Assembly (NCBI RefSeq): GCF_009914755.1
Contig: NC_060928.1
Length of the DNA stretch: 64,000 bases
Origin: the human T2T-CHM13v2.0 reference genome, Homo sapiens
Direction: 5' to 3' (one strand)
This document shows, piece after piece, positions 1-15,130 of this stretch (the stretch's first letter is position 1; each line of letters opens with the position of its first letter). A model generated the notes under the pieces. The model was not told the origin of the DNA. It did not search any database and saw nothing but the letters and a program-made list of their open reading frames with translations. The position numbers were made by a program, and so were the translations under genes.

Positions 1-382
1 TTTTCTTTTTATTAAAATACAGGGTCTTGCTCTGTCACCCGGACTAGAATGCAGTGGCCTATATGGTCATTTTAAATGCTATAAAGCTACAATGTTTTAA
101 ACAATGTAATGCAAACCCATGAACACACTGACAAATCAGTGGGAAAACTCGACTCAGGTGCTGGAATACACAAGAATGTATTAATAATATAGGCTGAAAT
201 CACTTTGAATATAATCGGGGGAGGAAAGATTTATCAATAAATTATGCTATTTAGCCATCTGAGGGAAAAAGCATGTTAAAGTCTTCTGTACATATCAATA
301 ATAATATTTATAATTATTACCATTTATTGAATATTACTAAGTGTTAGGCCCTATTGAAAATACTTTACAAAAATTAGTTTAG

Positions 383-684
383 GGCTGGGTGAGGTGGCTC
401 ATGCCTGTAATCCCAGCACTTTGTGAGGCCAAGGTGGGCAGATCACTTGAAGCCAGGAGTTCAAGACCAGGCTGCCCAACAGGTGAAACCCCATCTCTAC
501 AAATAATACAAAAATTAGCCAGGCATGCTGGTAGGCATCTATAGTCCCAGCTGCTTGGGAGGCTAAGGCACAAGAATCGCTTGAACCCGGGAGGTGGAAG
601 TTGCAGTGAGCCGAGATTAGACAACAGCAGCTGCACTCCAGGCTGGGGGATGGAGTGAGACTCTGTCTCAAAAAAAAAAAAAAA
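383..684 (+). mobile_element. AluS, full length
   Basis: Alu dimer with poly(A); TSD AAAATTAGTTTA on both sides. Confidence 0.93.
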
Positions 685-858
685 TTAGTTTATGTAACTG
701 TGATAGTTGGTGTGTTATCTCCACTTTACAGATAGGGAAGCTGAGGTTGAAAGAGATTAACCAAGTCAGCATGGCTACTAAGTGCTGGAGCCACTAATCA
801 AATGTTGGTAGTCTGCATTCTTAACCACTATACTCAAGCATGTAAAAACTCAAACCAT

Positions 859-2123
<1,265 letters not shown>

Positions 2124-4364
2124 CCATAAAGGAGTAGAAGAAAATAGACTATCTTTTTGATCTCTGGAAAGGGAAGGAAGACCCTTCTGAACTTTAAAAG
2201 AATGGTAGAAATGCTGGACAAAATTATAAATGTATTTTAAGATATAGTATTTTAAAACCTTTGGATTAAACATTCATAAAACTTAAAAAAAAAAAAAGTA
2301 GTAAGCTAGGAAAAATTGTCACTCCTCCCACAGGCCCAGGGTGCAGAGCTGGTTCCTCCTCACTTTTTTGTTCTGCCTCCTCTTTCTTCCTTGGGGGGAT
2401 CTAGGAGCATCATGCGGAGCTTCAGTCATGCCCAGTGTTGAGTCGGGGAGATACTGGGAAAGTTAGGTCATAGATTCCTATATCTAGTGTCGGGTCACCT
2501 CACCCAATACCACCTCCTCTCTTCATCTCATGCATGAAGAAAAAGAAATAAGATGTTCCATCACGATAAATAGTTGTGTATCAAATGAAATGTGAGTCAT
2601 TCTTAGTTAAAAAGAAAGGAAGGACTGAAGGAAGGAGGGAAGGAAAAGAAAGAAAAGAAAAAAAAGAAAAGAAAGTAAGAAAAAATGATGCCAAGAATCT
2701 ATCTCATTAAGATTTGATCTGAGTTGTAGATCAAGGAAATGAACTATTTTAAAATTCCACTCTCACAAAAATCAGCCTTAATCCAAAAGTCTTTCCTTGA
2801 AAATAAACTAATCATTCTTTGTTCCCTAGACACACACTTTACTATTTTTACATTTCATTTGGTATTGACCCTAAGCTTCAGGACTTGTATGTAGGGAATC
2901 TATTTGACATTTCTATTTCAAAAGCTTTCACACGAGAGAATGAATCATTCACACTTAATTCCTGAAGATAAGATTCCATTTGCTTTAACTCTTAATTTGG
3001 TTGCATTATATTCTACTACTACAAAAAAAAATAAAAATAAAAAATAAAAAACACTTTTTAAAATGAAACAAGGAATGAAAAGGGAGTTTGGAACCTGTTG
3101 CAGTTTGTGAATCCCTGCTTTCATTTTATGAGCTGAATAAATTATGGCCCAGGACAAAGAGTTCCCATGATTTTTTTACACAGTATTTTAAAAACATAAT
3201 TATCTCACATTTCAGAGTTGTTTGAAAGAAAATGAGAGAAACCTTACATCCAAGTTCTATAGGATTTCTTTATTACTTCGTCAATCAATGATTACAGAAT
3301 GATGTAAGATCAAAGAAAATATCTAGCTTTCTCACTATCAGCTTTTAATCTGAATAAGCTAAACAGGACTGAGAGAAAGCACATGATTTCTGCCAGAATG
3401 GATAGGCTTTCATTGCTAATTTCAACTATGGACTTGTCTCAGTTTAACCTTTTGAATAATTCCTCCGCAAATCTAGTTTCACATCCTTGGTCATTTGAGA
3501 AAAAGACAAATCAGGAACTGAAGAAATTCAGAAACAAATTTTGACCCCTATCCAGCTTTCTTGTTGAATTATCTTTTTAATTCTAAGGCAGTATACTTCT
3601 ATAATGAATAAACTTTTCCCAACAAAAATGAATAACCAGCCATTACCAGCTATTAAAATAGTTATTTTTACATGCTGAAAGTGACAAGTTTTATATATTA
3701 CTTTGAGTTTGTTTGGAGGCAAAAAAAAAAAAAAAAAAGCAGCAGCAGGAGGGGGGTAGGAGGGATCACTGTTGATCTTTGCAAAATCGTGTTAAAGTGG
3801 AAGATGATGATGATGGGGTCAGACCAGTAAAAAGGTCTGGGTACAGATCCAACTTGTTAAAAGTTGCCTGGGGAAGAAGGCTATAAAAAGATAAAACTCT
3901 TTTAACAACTATTCCAGAGTGATGTGTTATTAGATACTTGGAAAAGTTGCAAAGATCCATTAATGAGGCAGCTTTGTTTTATATGGCTGAAAAGCTGATG
4001 TCAGTTCTTGAACCCATCATTTCAAATAATTGATCAGTGGTCTCTGTGATATTCTCAAAGGTATATCCTAACTCAAGAAACATGAAGGTGGTTTTCAGAA
4101 AAACCTCTTTGTTAGAGTTGGACTTGGTTTCTCCTTATTTTCCTGGTGTTATGGTTTTCTATTGCACCATGACAATAGTGAAGACACAGAGGAAGGGTCT
4201 GAGCCAGAAGACATGAGCAGGGAACTGGACAAAGTCCAAGGCTGGCTAGGGCAATAGGATCTTATTTGGGAGTCTGTTCACTATCGTACTGAGTTATTTG
4301 TTCTTTTATCTTATTCTATTGTCAAGATCAGGCAACTGGTTAATTTTGCTACCCCATTTCTCTT

Positions 4365-4780
4365 TGATAACTACCCCAAAACTTAGCAATTCAGAACAAC
4401 AACCGTTTTATCATATCTCACCATGTTGAAGGTCAGGAATTTGGGCAATTCTTCTGCTCCTTGTCACGTCACCTGGGGTTGGTGGACTTCAGCTGACTCT
4501 GAGCTTGTGTCAGAGGTCCAACACTCACATGCCTGGCACCTTGGCAGGGACAGCTGGATGTCTGAGCTCAGCAGAGCCCATCTCCCCCTCCATGTAGTCT
4601 CAGGGTCCTCTCTGTTTTTGCTCCAGCAGGCTCAAGGCTCCTTTCAGAGGCCAGACCTGGAACTGCAAAACATCATTCTAGCCACACTCAATTGATCAAA
4701 GTAGTCACAGGCCAGCTCAATTTAAGAACTCAACTGAAGAAGTGGTAAAGCATTTGCAGCTGTCTTTTAATTCACCACAC
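4365..4780 (-). mobile_element. Old MLT1-type MaLR LTR
   Basis: AACTACCCCAAAACTTAG..AACAAC..GGTCAGGAATTTGGGCA matches the reverse of the MLT1 3' end. Confidence 0.6.
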
Positions 4781-4804
4781 CTGATTCTCTTCTAAATTGG
4801 AATT

Positions 4805-5087
4805 GGCCAAGCAGTTGCAGTGGCTCAGCCTTAGGAGGCCGAAGCAGGAGGATGGCTTGAAGTCAGGAATTCAAGACTACCCTGGGCAACATAGCGAGAT
4901 CCTTGTCTCTACAAAAAATATTTTTAAAAATTAGCCTGTCATGGTGGTGGGCACCAATAGTCCCAGCTACTAGGGAGCCTGAGATAGGAGGATCCCTTAA
5001 GGGAGTACAGGTTCTGGAGGCTACAGCTATGATTGTGCCACTGCACTTCAGCCTGGATGACAGAGTAAGACCCTATCTCTAAAAAAG
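4805..5087 (+). mobile_element. AluJ with internal deletion
   Basis: diverged Alu dimer ending AGACCCTATCTCTAAAAAA. Confidence 0.85.
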
Positions 5088-6369
5088 AATTCTTCCTGCT
5101 AGCATTTAGCTTCCAAACCTCCATATGGTATGAGAGATATAAATCATTAACAACCATTACAAATGATCAAGTTTGCTGTTAATTAAAGATGTGCAGAGGT
5201 AAAGATAGGGGCGGCACTGTACCTTATGGAAGTGGTAAATAAGAATAAATAATAAATTCTAACACAGGCAAGCATTCATTAACAGGCACTTGGTAGAAAC
5301 TTCTTTCTTAAGGCACTTCAGCCACCTATTTATTCCCTGATCCAGTAATCCCACTCAAGATAATTAATCCAGAAAAATCATTCAGAAAGAGAAAAAAAAT
5401 TATGTGTACAAACAAGCTTATAGGTGTCTTATTCACAGCTGTGAAACACTAGAAATGATGTGAACATAGAAAAAAAATTCAAGTAAATTATATCAAAATC
5501 TTGTTATACTGTGTAGCCATTAAATTGATAAGGGCCACGCCCATGTAGAAACATAGGAGAGTATTTTTAATGTAAATAAAGCTAAAATTTAAAAATTGTG
5601 AGTCATATGATTATAGTCTATTCAAACTATGCCTGTGAGAATCAAAACAAGAAAAGAATAAAAAAATAGATTTTGTTGAAGTGGTATCTTTTTAATTTGT
5701 TTTATTTTATAATGTTTTAAAGTTCTTTCAAGAATAAACATTTTTAAACTTAATGACTATCCCAGACCACACCTTCAAGATTCAATAAACATGCATTAAA
5801 TGCCTCTGGCCTTAATAACATGTAAAAATCTATTTATAGGCACACGCGCTAACAAACATCTTTACATGAATAAAATATATATTTTATACTTTTATTTTGG
5901 CCTATCACATGACAGGGTACAAGGTGATATAATGCAAAAAGGCTCTACCGGGAGTTGGCAGCCCTGAGCCATGGTCCAGACGCCCCAGGTTCACTGGAGA
6001 CCAGGCAGAGGATGCGACAAGATGCCAGCTCTCAGGTTCCCAACTGGAACATATGGGGCAGAAAGATCAGCCCATAGATCCCTCCTTTAAATTATTGAAT
6101 CTGGTCCTCTAAAAGTATTAGCTTTTAATCTGTGGCCTAATTCATGGCTAGCTTGAAAAATAGGAAAATGATCAGAATGTAGTGTGCTATTAGCTTTAGC
6201 CAATTAAGGTAAGGTAAGGTTACACAGTACCTCTGTGTAAACATAACTCTTAGAATTATGCTGACTGATTCTTCACCAGAATTCCCTAGAGATTAAGAAT
6301 TCCCTAGCCAATTAAGGTGAGGTAAGGTACATGCATGGTAACAGGCATGAAAACGCCAACAAAAAGACA

Positions 6370-7740
6370 CTTCATTCAACAGGTATTTATTTGGCACTTG
6401 TTGTTCTAGGTATTGTGACCAACATACAAAATGTCAGCCTTTATGAAGCTTATATGCTTTTTTTCACTTTTTTCTTTTCTTGCTTTCTTTCTTTTTTTTT
6501 TTTTTTCAGACAGGGTCTTACTCTGTCACCCAGGCTGGAGTGCAGTGCCATGATCAGGGATCGCTGCAGGCTCAACCTCCCTGGGCTCAGGGGATCCTCC
6601 CACCCCAGCCTCCCAAGGGAATATAGGCATGCACCACCATGCCTGGCTAATTGTTGTATTTTTGTAGAGATGGAATTTCACCATGTTGCCCAGGGTGTCA
6701 AGCGATCGCCCCCCTCAGCCTTCCAAAGTGCTGGGATTGCAGGCATGAACCATCGCACCCGGCTGGGAACTTACATTCTAAAGGAGAGGGGAGAGCATAG
6801 ATGATAAACCAAATAAATAAATAGAACATTGTTGGTCACATTGTAGTGCTATGGGGAAAAATGAATCAGGGTGAGAGAGACAATTCTGGAGGGGGAGTTG
6901 GCAAACTTAAGTAGGGTCTCCAGGGAAGGCTTCTGTGAAAACTGCAATTGAGTAAAAACCGGAAGGAAGTGAGGAAGCAGCTCTGAGGACACCTGTAGGC
7001 ATTCTCACAGGGGTGGGAAGCCACTGGGGGGTTTGGAGCAGAGGGTGCTATGGTCTGACGTAACAGCCTCACTCCAGTTGCTATGTTCTGACGTAACAGC
7101 CTCACTCCAGTTGCTATGTTCAGACGAGGCTGTGGCAAAGCAAGGTGGACATAGGAAGATCAGTTAGGAAGCTATGGCAATCATCAAGGCACTGCGATAA
7201 CAGGTACGATGGTGAAAAGTGGTTGCATTTGGATATATCTTGAAGGAAGTTGTTGCAAGATTTGCTGAAGGATTGGATGTGTGGTGGAAGAGGAGTGAAA
7301 TCTAACCCAATGTTTGGGGCCAGAGATGGGAACAACTGCAGAAAGGTTTAGCCACAAGGAAGACAAGGAGTCTGATTTGGGAGTGTTTAGATGCCTGTTA
7401 GGTGTCCTAGTGGAGCTCGCAAGTAGGCAGTTGGAGGTACAAGTCTAGAGTTAAAGGTGAGGCACCAGGCTAGAGGTATAAATTTAGGAATTACCGCTAG
7501 ATGGATAGTTAAATGACATTAAAGCCACGAGACTAGATGAGATCACCAAAGGAGAGCGCATAGACAGAAAAAACGTCTGAGCACTAAGCCCTCAGACAAA
7601 TCCAATACTAAGAATTTGTGGAGAAAGCGGGGTCCAGCCAGGTAAATGAGAAGGAATGGCCAGTAAGTCAGAAGGAAAACTGGGAGATTGTGGTGGAAAT
7701 CAAGTGAAGAAAGCATTTCAGAGAGGAGGGATTCTTTCTG
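6370..7740 (-). mobile_element. L2 LINE relic interrupted by an AluJ (~6465-6765, - strand)
   Basis: L2 terminal TTCATTCAAC..TATTTA motif and typical L2 body; Alu consensus inside. Confidence 0.75.
7046..7126. repeat. 33-bp tandem repeat, ~2.4 copies
   Basis: GCTATGTTCTGACGTAACAGCCTCACTCCAGTT repeated. Confidence 0.9.
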
Positions 7741-9855
7741 GAACAGCAGTTGTCAGTGGTGGAATCTACACTTGCAGATTTTCCATGACAACTGAAGATG
7801 TCATGGATATACAGAGAGAGATGTATATACATACTGACTAGATGGAAGGCTATTTATAATCGCACCTCATGAGAAAAGCATATTTGTGTGTCAGTGTGTT
7901 GTGCCATTATATTCAAAATAGAAATCAGTTTTGAAACATCCAGTGTTTCATGGTTTCCATACATTTCCCCACCTCCATTATCACAAATGATTGTTCCTAA
8001 TTGTTCTTATGGCTGTTTTCCCCTTATCTCATGGAGATGTTATCGAGATCTGTGTGATTATAAATGGAAAATATTCTAATTTTCAGTGAGTGGGTTAATG
8101 AAGGAGCAGACTGATCATGAATTATTTGCTAAACTAGACTCTAAAAATGACTTCCACTTATTTGTGAATGTTGAATTTACATTGGATTATGGATGTGTAA
8201 TATTCTGGGAACTCATGGCGCTTTATAAAAATGAAGTTGGTCTGTGAACATGTTCATCATAAGAACATGTTGACCACATTTTATTCCTTAAGCCACTTTT
8301 CACCCCAAATCCTGGCAAGGAAATCAGGTTTTCTTACTCTCTAATGAAACAGGGTGTTTTATTTAAATCACCTTCCCTGGTAAACAACCTGAGAGAAGGG
8401 AAGAAGAAATAGATGTAACTCCGTTGACAGCCTTGGGATATAGACATCCTGTCTCCATTCCTCTTAGCTTTACTGGGTATCAGGCTGCCAGTTTAACAAG
8501 GGAACAAAGAAAAATAAACAATGATTTTTATCCCACTGGACAATTTATGGAAATAACCATAAATTTTAAAATTCAATCTTGATTATATCATAAAAGGATT
8601 TTCTTGGTCTGTTTGCATAGCTGTATTTTATCCCATTTTGAAATAATCTGGACTTTTTTGAGATTTGTATTGTACACAAATCTTATTTACCCTAAAAATC
8701 TTTTATAAAACATTTCTCCAGTAAATTGTGCTATATAATATGCCATGTGGCATCATCGTAAAATACCCAAATCTGTACATGCTCATCTCTAGGGAATTCT
8801 GGTGAAGAAACAATCAACATAATTCTAAGAGTTGTGTTTTCACAGATGTACTGTGTAAATGTACTGAGACAGTACACTAAATATAACTGATGGGGGCTTG
8901 TCTTGGTGGATATGGGTAGCTTGTATGTTGCCTTGGCTTTATTGATTAATCTTCTACATTACTTTGCATGTCCTGCAAACCCATGAGCACCTGTCTCCAA
9001 TGCATTCGGTCTGTTTTACAGCCTTCTGGCACTATCTAATGAAAACTATAAAACGAAAATGTTTCTTTTCCATTACGGCAGCAACAAAAATTTCAGGAAT
9101 GAGGCCACAAAAATACCATACCACGTCACAGGTCTCTTCTTAATAGTAAGTCTAAAAGCAGTTAGCATTAGACCTTCACATCAGGTCAAAGAACATAGAA
9201 TTTCTAAACCAAACCTTCCTTAGACATAACATTTAAATGTGATTATTATCACTAAAATAGTGAAGTAAAAAATAGGGTGAGCATAATTTCTTATTATCAG
9301 ACAGTTTTTTGATTGACATAATCATTCAGTCACATTTATGTTATATACTCTGTTTGAACCATTCTTTTCTGTTAGATTGTAAACCCTAAAGATTAGGAAC
9401 CAAAGTATCTTTAAATAAGTTTTATCTGCTCTAGCACAGGGCCATAATGGGAGTGATATAATCCCTCTTTGACATTTACCACAAATAGGTATTTACTAAA
9501 ACTGCCACCTGGTACAAGCCCACTGTGCTCACATAAGAAGGGAGGAAACAATGGAATATCTGTGGTGGTTATTCACTCAAGGATATCTAGACCCACTTCA
9601 TAGATAATGCTTTAAGGTTTCTTTTTTTATTTTATAAAGAGGAATAACATATTACTATAACAAGTACCAGCAGCTTTCATGATCCCTCCCATCCATCCAA
9701 TTTCTCCCCCAGCTTAAAAAACATAGGCACAACTGTCTGTTACCGCCACATTCTAAACTCTCCTAAGATTTCTCTAGACCAAATAAAGACCTCAGACTCA
9801 GGCCTGCCACGCAGTTGATTTCCAAATGGGTGGAACTCTTAAAAGCCCCACTTGT

Positions 9856-10571
<716 letters not shown>

Positions 10572-10629
10572 TTAATTGAAATACATTTAAAATTTCCTAA
10601 CAACTTGGTTCCATTACCCTTTTTTTCAG

Positions 10630-10828
10630 GTACAGAGCAGTTGCCTCCTGGAGTCGTGTTCAGGGAATTGGGATTCCTTTGGTAACTGCCATTGAAATTG
10701 TCTCCATCTGGATCCTGTCCTTTATCCTGGCCATTCCTGAAGCGATTGGCTTCGTCATGGTACCCTTTGAATATAGGGGTGAACAGCATAAAACCTGTAT
10801 GCTCAATGCCACATCAAAATTCATGGAG
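10630..10828 (+). CDS. EDNRA: Endothelin receptor type A, exon 4 (end of DRY motif, ICL2, TM4, ECL2)
   Basis: ttttttcag|G acceptor and GAG|gtac donor; 199 nt; translates (R)YRAVASWSRVQGIGIPLVTAIEIVSIWILSFILAIPEAIGFVMVPFEYRGEQHKTCMLNATSKFME, recognised as ETA receptor. Confidence 0.97.
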
Positions 10829-11109
10829 GTACTAAACGTTTAAAAGGAATTAACTGGGGAAGGGAGGAGGTCCTCCGTTAGACTTCACCATCTTGAGACT
10901 TGATGACATCGCCACAATGTCAAGTGTGGTTTCTTCTGTCAAATATTCCTCAGTTGCATGAAAAGTAGATGTTAAACCTGTGTCTAGATTCTTGAATAGA
11001 ACAGTTATGCTGGCTTTCACTCTTGTATTATACCACAATGGTAGACATATCTGTTATTCTGCACCAAACCACTAAGAATACCAAAGCAAATTTACTAAGA
11101 GGGACTAGA

Positions 11110-11168
11110 TGTGTGTGTTGTGTGTGTGTGTATGTGTGTGTGTGTGTGTGTGTATATATATACATATG
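11110..11168. repeat. (TG)n-(TA)n microsatellite in intron 4
   Basis: direct reading. Confidence 0.95.
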
Positions 11169-12529
11169 CTATTTGTTTTTATAATAATGAATACAACACA
11201 ACAATTTCCATCTGGAAGACGTGCTGATGTTTATCTTATGTCACTTGGGGAGAAGCACATTTCTCACATTCTTTAAAGATGGATTTACTAATTCAAAGTA
11301 GAGAGTAGTACTTACATGTACTTATATTAGTACGGTTTCTATGTCTAATATACAAATAATATAAAATTGTAGAACTTTTTAAAATAATATTTTGGTTTAA
11401 CAAATTCAGTTGTTGGTTTTTTTAGTACACCTGACCATATTAATGTTTTTCTGAAAAGCTTAATCACATGACTGTTTTGGGAAACCTATTTAAAATGCAT
11501 CTTTTCTTTGCAAAACTAGTTACATGTGGACTGAGGAGGAAAACCAAAAGGATAACTATTTCTCTTAAATCAGTATAATTTAGTGCTTTGATGTAAGTTT
11601 CATGTAGCTCACATTCCACATGTAATTATTTACAGACATCTCAAGGTATGCTTTCCCAACTTGGAAAATTCACAGAATTCGTGGTTTTACAGTTGACCAG
11701 TTATCCTGCTTGGAAATTCTTGTTTTAAAATTAAAAGTGCTCATGAAAACTGCCAAACTAACAACTTAAAATTGAAGTTTCTTACTGGGTTAGTCTTCAA
11801 AGTGAAAAACAAAGTAGACAGTAGGAGATTGTCAGAATTTGGGCAGTGTGAATAAGCAATCTAGATATTCCAGATGCAAACATTAGAGAAAAGAGGTTCA
11901 CTATAAGAAGGAGCTTACTAATCCTTACAGCCAGACAAAATGAAATGGGCTGTTTCATAAAGACTGTCTCCTATCTAGACGTGTTCAAGTAAAGGGTAGC
12001 TACCCTTCAGGCATGGGTGGGCTAGACGGTTGCAGTAAAGGGTATGAGTTGAACAGATAATTTTTTAGAGTTCATTCCAAGTCTGAAGTCCTGTTCTCTT
12101 TTTCTAAATTTATTTCCCCTATTTTTTCCATTCTTGCTCTTCAACTTTACCCTAGACTGATGGTAGGCCCCTCTCTACCCATGTTGATGACATCAGTTCC
12201 AAAGAGATGCATTACCCATTTCTCTGTGGGCCTTTGCCATGGAGGGGGCAGGGGACTCCATTCAGCCCTCTCAAGGGTCAGCCTCTAGACCCTCTGCAGC
12301 TGCTTCTGCATCATTTATACCCAGCCAGCAAATGCACCCGGAAAAAGAGGATACAAAAGAAGGGAGAATGGGTGCTCAAAGGAGTGTTCGTGTTGCACTT
12401 CAAAAAAGAGAGAGAGAGTGCTTCTGACTTTTTTTAAGTTCAGGACTGAAATCTTTCTACAGTGTGTTGGGAACAGGGAAATGTTTGTGTAAGCAGTTTA
12501 GAATAAACCAACTCCTTTGGGAGTTTGCA

Positions 12530-13010
12530 CTTAACCTGAGGATAGAATTCAGGGATCTGTGAACTTGGTTGGAAAAGAAACAACATGTTTATTTTCACTA
12601 ACTTCTAACTGAATTTATTATTTCCTTCTATTATGAATGTACCCAACAAATCACCATAGTGTTTACCAGTATCATGACTTTTTCAGTAATAAAAATAGCA
12701 GACATTTTCATACGATATAACACTTGTATAATCTCAAAATATTATTTATGCTCTTCAGAACTTCAACACTTCAACAGTTCGGTAGTTATTAGAACCATCA
12801 CTAGGTTTGTTATTTGTGAATAAACACAATATTACTATATCTAAATTTAATTTCTAATATTTTGATAGCTGTGCTTTAATGTAATTGGTTTCCATTGCAA
12901 TCTTATGTATTTTATTTTATGCATGTAAAAGTATTATTCTCAGAAGGGATTATAGTCTTTACCAGACTTCCAAAAGGGTCTGTGGCATAAAAATAGTCAA
13001 GAACTCCTCC
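12530..13010 (+). mobile_element. hAT-Charlie DNA transposon relic (Charlie4a-like)
   Basis: CAGGGATCTGTGAACTTGG...CCAGACTTCCAAAAGGGTC..AAGAACTCCT; the same family occurs inverted at 49920-50700. Confidence 0.65.
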
Positions 13011-14001
13011 CCCAAATTTTTTGTCTTTAGGAACCATTTTTAGATTATTTTAATAGACATGTTATAAATGCAGCCTTCTTAGCCTCTTTCTATATTCAGA
13101 AACTGTCCCATTTTTTACAGAGCAACATGATTATTTTTTACTGTGGGAACTGCATTGTCCTTAGTAAATTAACAATCTGAAGAAGCACTATAAGGAAAGA
13201 AAAAGCATTTCGTCCCAAGTTGGTGATTAATTTTGTGGGAAGAAGAATTTAGATATCATTTTTCATTTTCCATTTTTATAGGGTATTAAGTTTTCTTCTT
13301 TAAGCAGAAGTAAAACCGAATAATCTCGGTATTTATAAATCCTGCCCAGTTAGATAATACCAGATATGCTTCAGTTGAGATATGCTGCCTCAATAGTTTC
13401 CAGGTGGTAAGTATTAAAGGAGGGAGAAGAGTATAGCTATTGAAGTTCAAAGCGGCTGGCTTTAAGGTCACATAGCAGGCATACCAGGCAGAGGGTTAAC
13501 CCCTATTAACCAAAGCTACACAGATAAGCCATTCGTAACCTTCACCGTTTCAGGTTAAATACACTTTCACCACAATAGTCAAAAGTAAAGCAGGCGCTAA
13601 CAAAATTTTGAGGTTCATCCAGAAATAAAGATAAACATGTATATTCTTTTGTCTCAAAATCATGTTTTATGAGCTTTAGAAGGACATTATTTTTATTGAT
13701 TAGGGCTCTTCCGTTGTGTAGTTGAAACCTTCAATCTATGAAAAGTATCAAGTATCCTTGCCAAGATAATTTTTGTAAGTGCAGTTTCTTTATGTGCTGT
13801 TTAAAGCCAGGATAATTTCTGAAGCTTCCAACTGAATTGAGTTTTGAGCCCCACTCCCAAACCCATCACTGCAACCAGAGAGCATGATTTTACAGATGTA
13901 TCTGCAAGTTTAAAGACCTTAAAGCTACCAGAGGCACAGCATGGTTAATTGACATGACTCTGCTCCTCCTTTTCTCTTTTTCTTTTTTTTTCACTTTGAA
14001 G

Positions 14002-14154
14002 TTCTACCAAGATGTAAAGGACTGGTGGCTCTTCGGGTTCTATTTCTGTATGCCCTTGGTGTGCACTGCGATCTTCTACACCCTCATGACTTGTGAGATG
14101 TTGAACAGAAGGAATGGCAGCTTGAGAATTGCCCTCAGTGAACATCTTAAGCAG
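14002..14154 (+). CDS. EDNRA: EDNRA exon 5 (TM5, ICL3)
   Basis: long pyrimidine tract and aag| acceptor, CAG|gtaaat donor; 153 nt; [51 protein letters not shown]. Confidence 0.97.
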
Positions 14155-14939
14155 GTAAATCCCATAACATCATGAAAATCTGGCCAGGACTGGTTAGTCC
14201 TTGACAGCAGCAGGCCTGCAAATACCATCTTTAGTAGAATTAGCCTGATTTCCTAAAATAAAAATACTATCCTGTAACTGTTTTCTTTATAGTAATAGGG
14301 TTAGAAATTTCTTTTGTAAAATGGGAAACCTGCTTGTAAAACAAGTGGTCCTGAAGGCTGGGCCCAAATAGAGAAGAACTATCCCTCTATTTTGCCAAGA
14401 GTGTACTGAGCATGTGTGTATGTGAGTTCGCACATTCAATTGGGCTTGAAACTGTACCAGGACACAAAAAAGCATGTGACTTTCTCCCCATGCAGATTTA
14501 CAGTCTTGTTGTAGAAATAAAATACGCATGCAAAACAACTGGAATATAGAACCACAGGTGTGGTAAAAGTAGCCTGTGCTATGGAAAGCCAGGAAGGGTA
14601 TGAGATAGAGTCATGGGGAAGCTGTTCATGGATGAGGGGGATTGAACCAGACCTTGGAGGATAAGTGGGATTTGATGGGGAAGAAGTTGACAGAGAGCAT
14701 TTCAGGTGGAAGAACAGGAGTCTAGTTAGAACGTGGAATAGGAACCATGCATTTGGGGAATGGGAAAAAGGAGATGAACCTCTCTAGAGCAATGTCTAAT
14801 GTGAGACTTATGCTAGGAAATGGGATCATGTACATTAGAAGAGGTAAAGTGTTGGAGGACCCAAAGTTCTAGAAGGAATTTGAACATGTCAATAGGAGGC
14901 TAATGTTGGTCCCTCCTGGGTGAAATTAGAACAGATAAA

Positions 14940-15130
14940 GCTGTGGGCTTTCAAGGGCAAAACTAGACTCATACTTGGCTCTCTGACCTTGGGCAAATTG
15001 CTTAATCTCTCTGAACTTCTAGTTTCTCATAATATGTATGTAATAATACATCATGGGGATTACCTGAGACATGTAAGGTGCCTAATAGTACCCAGCTCCT
15101 AGTAGGTATTAAGCAAATGTTAATTTACAT
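14940..15130 (+). mobile_element. MIR relic
   Basis: TGACCTTGGGCAAATTGCTTAATCTCTCTGAAC core. Confidence 0.65.

Noticed and set aside
2330-2540. GC-richer patch after an A-run, considered as a processed pseudogene (also 35750-36260)
   Set aside because: No recognisable protein, TSD or oriented poly(A); cannot be supported without a search.
7046-7126. 33-bp repeat as a CRISPR-like array
   Set aside because: No spacers, no cas genes, eukaryotic intron.
13954-14175. ORF-track starts for exons 5, 6 and 8 as independent small proteins
   Set aside because: Internal EDNRA exons read through into intron; splice sites define the true limits.
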